Assembly (NCBI GenBank): GCA_002633005.1
Contig: NMRA01000460.1
Span: 1 to 53,302, forward strand
Direction: 5' to 3'
From: Phoronis australis
Lineage: Eukaryota; Animalia; Phoronida
Length of the DNA stretch: 53,302 nt
Positions 49,101-53,302 of this stretch are shown here, piece after piece. The position numbers and the translations under genes are program-made. Position 1 is the stretch's first letter. Every line of letters starts with the position of its first letter. The notes beneath the pieces are model-generated. The model had not been told where the DNA came from, searched no databases, and saw only the letters and a list, made by a program, of their open reading frames with translations.

Positions 49101-52100
49101 TTTCCTTGTATGTTCTGTATTCTTTGATAAATACATATCACTGTAAAAAAATCATCTCTCAGCAGTCTTAACACAGCGAAAAATAATAGATCTTAAAATC
49201 GAAACTTGTTAACCCTTCAGTCATTACGAATTTTCTACATTCTTTTTTTTCTCTGAGCAATTAGTAGCCACTTTTTACACAAAAAAGGAATTTTTGAAAT
49301 GTACGTGCCAAGTTTTAGTTTTATACCAGTTTCTATTACTAATTTTTGTCACACCTTAGTATCTTTTTTATTATTTATTATTTTTTAAAATTATTTTCAT
49401 CAACACTATATTTATTCAATCTCAATTCTTAAGAATCTTGTTTCATATATTTTATGCACTCCAGTTGATTTGTATACATTTGAATAATTATCAGTAATTT
49501 TCCTTTTACTACTTTTTATATTGGACCATGGCAAAAATATTCTTTTAAAAACTTTTATTATGTTTTGTTGGTCAGCATAGTTTTTTAGTTGCCAACTCTT
49601 CTGTTATTACGATTTTGTCTATTACTTCTTACACTACACGCGTCTTATTTCACAAGATATTGTACGTTCCACGATAACAAAAAATTCAGTCAATGAATGC
49701 TTCACAAGACTAGTTAAATCTACAACGCGTTGCTCCTTTAGCAACTGACATAGAACAAAACTATAAAATTCGTGGAATGCATCTCGCCTACAAGTGTGTG
49801 CACCACCCACGGGAAGCAATGAAAAACTTATCCCATCACAAACTATACACTATAGCCTCTCTCAGTCCAACTCACCTTTAATTACCGTCACATTTGCTGT
49901 AGTAGATTTGCTCACACTATCCGAGTCCGTCACTGTTAATCTACAGATTCAGAAAATGAATCACAGTAAGTTTAAGTATGATCCAAGCTAACTGTATCAC
50001 TTACAATATTCCAGCCCTGTGTTTGCTAGCAGACCATGACAAATTACACGAATTGCCTTCTACATGTCTTAAAGCTACATTTCCCCATTTTGCTAGCTTA
50101 AAACGAATATATTATAAGACCTTTTCCTGCCATAAAACTGGTCCCATAACCTTCCATCCAATGACAGAATACTATGTCAGTTACCACAGCCAATGCGCAC
50201 ATACGCCGATTTCAAATTTGCAATTTTAGGGTTGGTGAACCCCCAAAAAATACTGAAGCGATTTTCGAGTTGCTGACGGCTTCGATGTCCTTTTTGGTAA
50301 CGGAAATGGTATCCTATCACATAAAGGAATAAATATCACACGACCAATTTTATGAAAGTAAAAGGCCAAATTTGATTATCATTAGTTACCCAGCTCTAGC
50401 GCAAAATGCAGCTTTAATATGTCATTTGTCATTCTGATTGTATTAAGAATTTTGCTAAATGAGACTCGATAAATTTCACTTTACTTGAAAGTGTGGGCTC
50501 AGAAGTGTATTAGTGGCCATACATTTCAAAAACAAGGTCAATCATAAGATGCATATTTTGACCACCACAAGAAGAGAGTTGAATCCGAGATGTGGGAATT
50601 ACTACCAATGCTAGAATTTTCCAATTTTGACCACTTGCGTTACTGCTATAATCATATTGTCCTCACCCCAGACCACACTGTCAGCTGACCCATGCTGAAA
50701 ACATGACCACAGTACTTACTTGAACACGTATACCCCTGGTGACAGGTTGTTTGGTAACTGCAGCATGGCCTGGTCACCTGTGATTGTGCGCTGGGTCAGA
50801 GGGCCACTGACCATCTCCCACTTGTAGGACACGATCTTGTCGTCGTCTTTACTCTCTGAGAATGGAGAAAAACTCAGATGAGAAATAATGAACCTGATGA
50901 TATACATAGACTGCAAAGAATCAAATTTGTTCCATAGACAAACAGAAGGTCATTAGGCGTACCATTGCATCATAGTATTTGTTGTATCGTTGTTGCATTA
51001 CTGCTATTGCTGCTGTTGTTGTTGTTATAATTAAGATATTCTGTAACAACAGAAAACAAATGGGCGAAAAAAGCTTTGTTTTCCAGTCATAAGAACAAGA
51101 GAGGTTTAGAGATTCAATAATTTTGTGCCCCTAGTGGGCGCAGGTGTACTGTGTGTGAACTTGGCGCTGTAACAATAAAATTGGGACATTGTCTCAAAAT
51201 GTGTTTTAAAGCAACAAAGCAAGAAGACCAGCCCAAAAACAAGAGCATGATCATCATGCGGGATCACCATAAACTGACCTGACCCATCCAACACTCCAGT
51301 GTTTCCCTCCTTAACCTCCATCCTAGTTGGGGTGATGACTGCTAGAGGGGGCTGGTTCAGCCGTGGAGCTGGAATGCAAAACACAACGGACTCAGACACC
51401 AGTTTGAAACCATGAGACGAATCTTCCAACCAATATTAGTACAAATACAAGCCGTATTAAGGTATAACTTATTATTCATGCAGGTAATGCATATACGAAA
51501 CAGTCATAAACAAACCTTTCTAAAACTAATACTTAAAGTAGGAGGACTGGAGTTTGGCAAGTAAGATGGCTAAAATCCAAATTAAAACAAATTTGTTGTA
51601 TGTCAAACCATGAAATTAATCATGCACTTTGATCCAGGTAAAACAATGCTGAATGCCACATGTCCTTGCATTCTCTAAAAATTGCAGTTAATTTTAATTG
51701 GATGTCCCTAGAAAAGTCTAAAACGTTAATAATCAAATGCCAAGGACCGCAATGTGTATATGGAAAATTCAAAATTCCTAATACTGACAAAATCTTATCT
51801 AACTTCAATGTTAAACAAGGAAAACCAATCAAAAATGGTAAAAAACAAGGATTCAGCAATTTTAAGTAGTACCTGATATAGCAAAACCCATAGGATTCTT
51901 CAATGAGATTAAGGACAAAAGTGGTGTAAAACTGGACTATAAGTTGTTTCTTGAAGCACAACATGAATAGTATATTTGACCACTACTTCATGCACTGACA
52001 TGTTCCAAGGTGGAGAAAAGCTTCAATGACTAAACTCTGATTACATGGCTCACAGTTAAAACGCCAAAGTATTTATGACAACTAAATTCACGGAAAATCT

Positions 52101-53092
52101 GGTAGGATCTATGACTCTACAGTATGTGACACACGCCTAATAAGCCAGTGTATCAGCAGCAACTGGATTACCAAATTCTTCAGACATATTTTTAAATTCA
52201 ATGACTGACCATATGAAGAGTATGCCACTCAAAACAGATCAGCCAGGGTACTGGTGCGTTCAGCCACTCAATTGTTTCTCCACACCATTAAAACATATCT
52301 GACATGGAGGTCTATGGCCCATTGAACACCATCTTGGAACATGTTTACAAAATGTCCAAGTAAAATTATTTGCATAATCATCAAATTTGGGGCAGTGCAT
52401 GAGATTGTAACAACTCTTAAGTTACTAAAAATCACTTCAAGATATTTGCCTCATGCAGTGGTAGGTTGCTTACATGGGTCCCGCATTTCGAGAACCAGAA
52501 CCAGTTTTCTCCACAGAATAAACTGGTTCTCAAAATCCAGTTTTCTCCACAGAATAAACTGGTTCTCAAAATCCAGTTTTCTCCACAGAATAAATTGATT
52601 CTCAAAATCCAGTTTTCTCCACAGAATAAACTGGTTCTCAAAATCCAGTTTTATCCACAGAATAAACTGCTTCTCAAAATCCAGTTTTCTCCACAGAATA
52701 AACTGGTTCTCAAAATCCAGTTTTCTCCACAGAATAAACTGGTTCTCAAAATCCAGTTTTCTCCACAGAATAAACTGGTTCTCAAAATCCAGTTTTCTCC
52801 ACAGAATAAACTGGTTCTCAAAATCCGGGACCACTGTAAGTGACTATTGCCTCATAATGCTTCCTGGCAATAAAAAAAAAAACAAAAGCCTGGACTTCAA
52901 ATGTACACACAATTTAATATTGTTTCTCCGATGATAACTACGCAGTTTTCAAGCTCATTCTACAAACACCTGTCCCGTATCTAAGTCCGAATGCCAAGAC
53001 TTACGGGGTTTGACAGTCACATTGACGAAGGCCTCTCCATACTTATCGTCTGAGGACACAATCACTTGGAATGAATACAAACCAGCTATAAG
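22400..53092 (-). CDS. KIAA0319L: KIAA0319/KIAA0319L (AAVR) family type I membrane protein; 5'-partial, 17 coding exons in window (2037 nt, 678 aa + stop)
   Basis: Exons (transcript order): 53005-53092, 51279-51368, 50720-50855, 49876-49940, 48592-48752, 44984-45107, 44262-44394, 43650-43795, 42607-42758, 41209-41347, 40100-40170, 39821-39924, 38802-38953, 29283-29405, 27025-27115, 25053-25159, 22400-22554. All have AG/GT boundaries and phases chain without a break. The product shows repeated PKD motifs (NQPP.A.AG.D...LP, LDGS.S.DD..I..Y.W, G.Y.F.LTV.D), CSGHGHCD...C.CE.FWMEN, WSILYV TM and LMMSESEL tail, recognised from recalled human KIAA0319L. Invertebrate genes may be co-orthologous to KIAA0319 and KIAA0319L. 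Confidence 0.95.
22739..24123. mobile_element. Non-autonomous Tc1/mariner superfamily (Tc2/pogo-like) element, 1385 bp, in last KIAA0319L intron
   Basis: Perfect 25-bp TIR ccgtattcgccgtaataaccgccca / tgggcggttattacggcgaatacgg, TA on both sides, subterminal taagcgccc repeats; no transposase ORF. Confidence 0.9.
24892..25052. repeat. Minisatellite, 29-bp unit x about 5.5, abutting a splice donor
   Basis: cacgacatgaacatacagcatgaacacca starting at 24892, 24921, 24950, 24979, 25008, 25037. Confidence 0.95.
25053..25159 (-). CDS. KIAA0319L: KIAA0319L exon: cytoplasmic tail (FKSRRKRRHRYALLEDEEEKEQQREKKEKLELLPR)
   Basis: T12-actttcag acceptor, gtatgt donor; 107 nt, phase 2 to 1; basic stop-transfer cluster and YxxPhi motif YALL. 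Confidence 0.92.
27025..27115 (-). CDS. KIAA0319L: KIAA0319L exon: transmembrane helix (WSILYVIIVLFIIVVATAILIWAIVCAVR)
   Basis: tttcag acceptor, gtaagt donor; 91 nt, phase 1 to 2. Confidence 0.94.
28307..28453. mobile_element. hAT-like MITE with 5-bp TSD
   Basis: TIR catgggcg / cgcccatg; TTAAG on both sides; internal duplication agcactgaaaaaagtgg. Confidence 0.7.
28506..28915. mobile_element. TTAA-bounded (Kolobok-like) MITE
   Basis: ttaaagatgtagttttgcatgc ... gcatgcaagttccactttaa imperfect TIRs. Confidence 0.5.
29283..29405 (-). CDS. KIAA0319L: KIAA0319L exon: Cys-rich module (CLHNCSGHGHCDRYSKVCVCEAFWMENVFKAQFMNQESNC)
   Basis: ttgcag acceptor, gtgagt donor; 123 nt, phase 1 to 1; six-Cys pattern and FWMEN typical of the family. 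Confidence 0.95.
31500..31661. repeat. 162-bp loopless palindrome, possibly a Penelope-like element remnant
   Basis: 81-bp arms centred at 31580/31581 with 2 mismatches; direct repeat taaattggcaaa at 31407-31418 and 31660-31671. Confidence 0.9.
32836..35123. mobile_element. Non-autonomous hAT-like element, 2288 bp, 5-bp TSD
   Basis: Perfect 12-bp TIR cagggctcaaca / tgttgagccctg; GTTCT on both sides; subterminal cttgccc/gggcaa repeats at both ends; no transposase ORF. Confidence 0.88.
37047..37132. repeat. (TA)n / (TACATA)n microsatellite
   Basis: Directly visible. Confidence 0.98.
37815..38000 (+). mobile_element. Non-LTR retrotransposon ORF2 3' remnant
   Basis: SNHNLLIEVGRHLNSDRADRVCLSCPDVIEDKYHFLYNC matches the S.H.L.IE.GR...R.C..C...ED..HFL..C C-terminal motif of LINE ORF2 proteins; clade not determined. 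Confidence 0.75.
38802..38953 (-). CDS. KIAA0319L: KIAA0319L exon (LGVIFYVEE...LLEYKVSFVDTV)
   Basis: ttttag acceptor, gtgagt donor; 152 nt, phase 2 to 1. Confidence 0.9.
39821..39924 (-). CDS. KIAA0319L: KIAA0319L exon (KNLENQLALVLYRTSSDGDTKVRIQRIVTDLKTGK)
   Basis: ttttag acceptor, gtgagt donor; 104 nt, phase 0 to 2, exactly bridging the flanking exons. Confidence 0.88.
40100..40170 (-). CDS. KIAA0319L: KIAA0319L exon (PNAENLVELYLDTNVDSFTEGNK)
   Basis: ttccag acceptor, gtaagt donor; 71 nt, phase 1 to 0; resembles the human NLVEIILD segment. Confidence 0.9.
40551..40696. repeat. Minisatellite, 50-bp unit x about 2.9
   Basis: tgttatttacctggccaagagaatacgacaacaactgcaacagattcac at 40551, 40601, 40651. 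Confidence 0.95.
41209..41347 (-). CDS. KIAA0319L: KIAA0319L exon: PKD5 second half (EVLNSSDHQAVLQLTSLVAGQYIFTLKVVDDEG...)
   Basis: cacag acceptor, gtgagt donor; 139 nt, phase 0 to 1. Confidence 0.93.
41907..42540. mobile_element. Tandem-unit interspersed repeat (possibly Helentron/HINE-like non-autonomous element) hosting the exon copy
   Basis: Two related units of about 170 bp (41987-42163 and 42276-42443) sharing ctctagatgg...aatgggaaggtgtc...atttgccaaaatt.atgaaaa...gattgcca.tagaaggca. Related sequence occurs at about 32640-32835 and 35190-35400. Starts aaacaagag. Class and outer boundaries are inferred. Confidence 0.55.
42165..42268 (-). pseudogene. Duplicated copy of KIAA0319L exon 39821-39924 (pseudo-exon or alternative exon)
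   Basis: 101/104 identical to the true exon (TTG>GTG, ACG>ATG, GGC>GGT); acceptor kept (gattttttgttcttag), donor absent. Confidence 0.9.
42607..42758 (-). CDS. KIAA0319L: KIAA0319L exon: PKD5 first half (KNQPPVAKAGDDMIVQLP...DGSRSTDDKGIVRYEWTRDDRSPAAG)
   Basis: ttccag acceptor, gtgagg donor; 152 nt, phase 1 to 0. Confidence 0.94.
43650..43795 (-). CDS. KIAA0319L: KIAA0319L exon: PKD4 second half (GKKATLDNADRAVATVSDLKLGTYEFQLTV...)
   Basis: ttccag acceptor, gtaagt donor; 146 nt, phase 2 to 1. Confidence 0.92.
44262..44394 (-). CDS. KIAA0319L: KIAA0319L exon: PKD4 first half (STKPPVANAGADISIALPVTTATLDGSASTEAKKITKYTWIQT)
   Basis: ctgtag acceptor, gtaacg donor; 133 nt, phase 1 to 2. Confidence 0.92.
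44984..45107 (-). CDS. KIAA0319L: KIAA0319L exon: PKD3 second half (GVRTSQLHLSNLQQGDYTFTLKVTDTAGQTNTADVHVFVKP)
   Basis: ttgcag acceptor, gtaatt donor; 124 nt, phase 0 to 1. Confidence 0.93.
46250..46429. mobile_element. Fragment of dispersed TTAA-ended repeat family
   Basis: caacactaaaattgccgattcgaaaatggcgcacgta is similar to about 7254-7320 and to the reverse complement of about 50195-50243; ends aaaatgcagccttaa as at about 50403-50417. Confidence 0.5.
48592..48752 (-). CDS. KIAA0319L: KIAA0319L exon: PKD3 first half (VDYPPKANAGSDVILTLPENSVILNGDQSIDDKGIKSYEW...)
   Basis: cccag acceptor, gtaagt donor; 161 nt, phase 1 to 0. Confidence 0.93.
49876..49940 (-). CDS. KIAA0319L: KIAA0319L exon: end of PKD2 (LTVTDSDSVSKSTTANVTVIK)
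   Basis: ctgtag acceptor, gtgagt donor; 65 nt, phase 2 to 1. Confidence 0.9.
50720..50855 (-). CDS. KIAA0319L: KIAA0319L exon: PKD2 (SKDDDKIVSYKWEMVSGP...PGVYVFK)
   Basis: tctcag acceptor, gtaagt donor; 136 nt, phase 1 to 2. Confidence 0.92.
51279..51368 (-). CDS. KIAA0319L: KIAA0319L exon: start of PKD2 (PRLNQPPLAVITPTRMEVKEGNTGVLDGS)
   Basis: ttccag acceptor, gtcagt donor; 90 nt, phase 1 to 1. Confidence 0.9.
52473..52836. mobile_element. Tigger/pogo-like MITE containing a 36-bp x 9 tandem array (52501-52826)
   Basis: TA-flanked imperfect TIRs catgggtcccgcatttcgagaaccag / ctggttctcaaaatccgggaccactg; unit ccagttttctccacagaataaactggttctcaaaat. Confidence 0.8.
53005..53092 (-). CDS. KIAA0319L: KIAA0319L exon: end of PKD1 (LIAGLYSFQVIVSSDDKYGEAFVNVTVKP)
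   Basis: ctgtag acceptor, gtaagt donor; 88 nt, phase 0 to 1. Confidence 0.9.
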
Positions 53093-53302
53093 CTACAGAG
53101 AAGAGAAGACAAAAAACCCATTAGAAAACTGCATATGGTAATTTGAGATGCTTTTACAGTAACATCTTGTGACAAATGGGATTAAAATAATATTATGTCA
53201 AAACATAATTCAAGGAAGATCTTTGCCTGCTGCACACAGTGATTTTAAGTAAGCCTAGTACATACCGATCGAAGTGCCTTTATTTGATGCTATTCATTTC
53301 AC

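Noticed and set aside
52501-52826. 36-bp palindromic repeats resembling a CRISPR array; ORFs 52451-52834 and 52466-52843
   Set aside because: Units are head-to-tail with no spacers, there are no cas genes, and the context is a eukaryotic intron; the ORFs are by-products of a 36-bp period.

Overview
AT-rich, repeat-dense animal genomic DNA. The spliceosomal gene structure and repeat types suggest a marine invertebrate, possibly a hemichordate or echinoderm (inference). The right 31 kb carries the 3' part of a minus-strand KIAA0319/KIAA0319L (AAVR) family gene. I could splice 17 exons (53092 down to stop at 22400) with GT-AG boundaries and consistent phases into one 678-aa frame: end of PKD1, PKD2-5, juxtamembrane region, Cys-rich module, TM helix and a YALL-containing tail. 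The gene's 5' part lies beyond the window. The left part holds a small minus-strand secreted-peptide exon (6486-6737) with eclosion-hormone-like cysteine spacing plus two extra cysteines. The most unusual observation is a 97%-identical copy of one KIAA0319L exon sitting 2.3 kb upstream inside an intronic tandem-repeat element. It keeps a good splice acceptor, is in frame with the preceding exon and runs into a new hydrophobic C-terminus. The remainder is DNA-transposon MITEs (several hAT-like with atypical 5- or 6-bp TSDs, Tc2-, Tigger- and Kolobok-like), a 162-bp palindrome that may be Penelope-derived, BEL/Pao and LINE remnants, a 1.09-kb tandem duplication and minisatellites. No CRISPR array or RNA genes were seen. 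All coordinates and alignments were done by eye, with no database searches.
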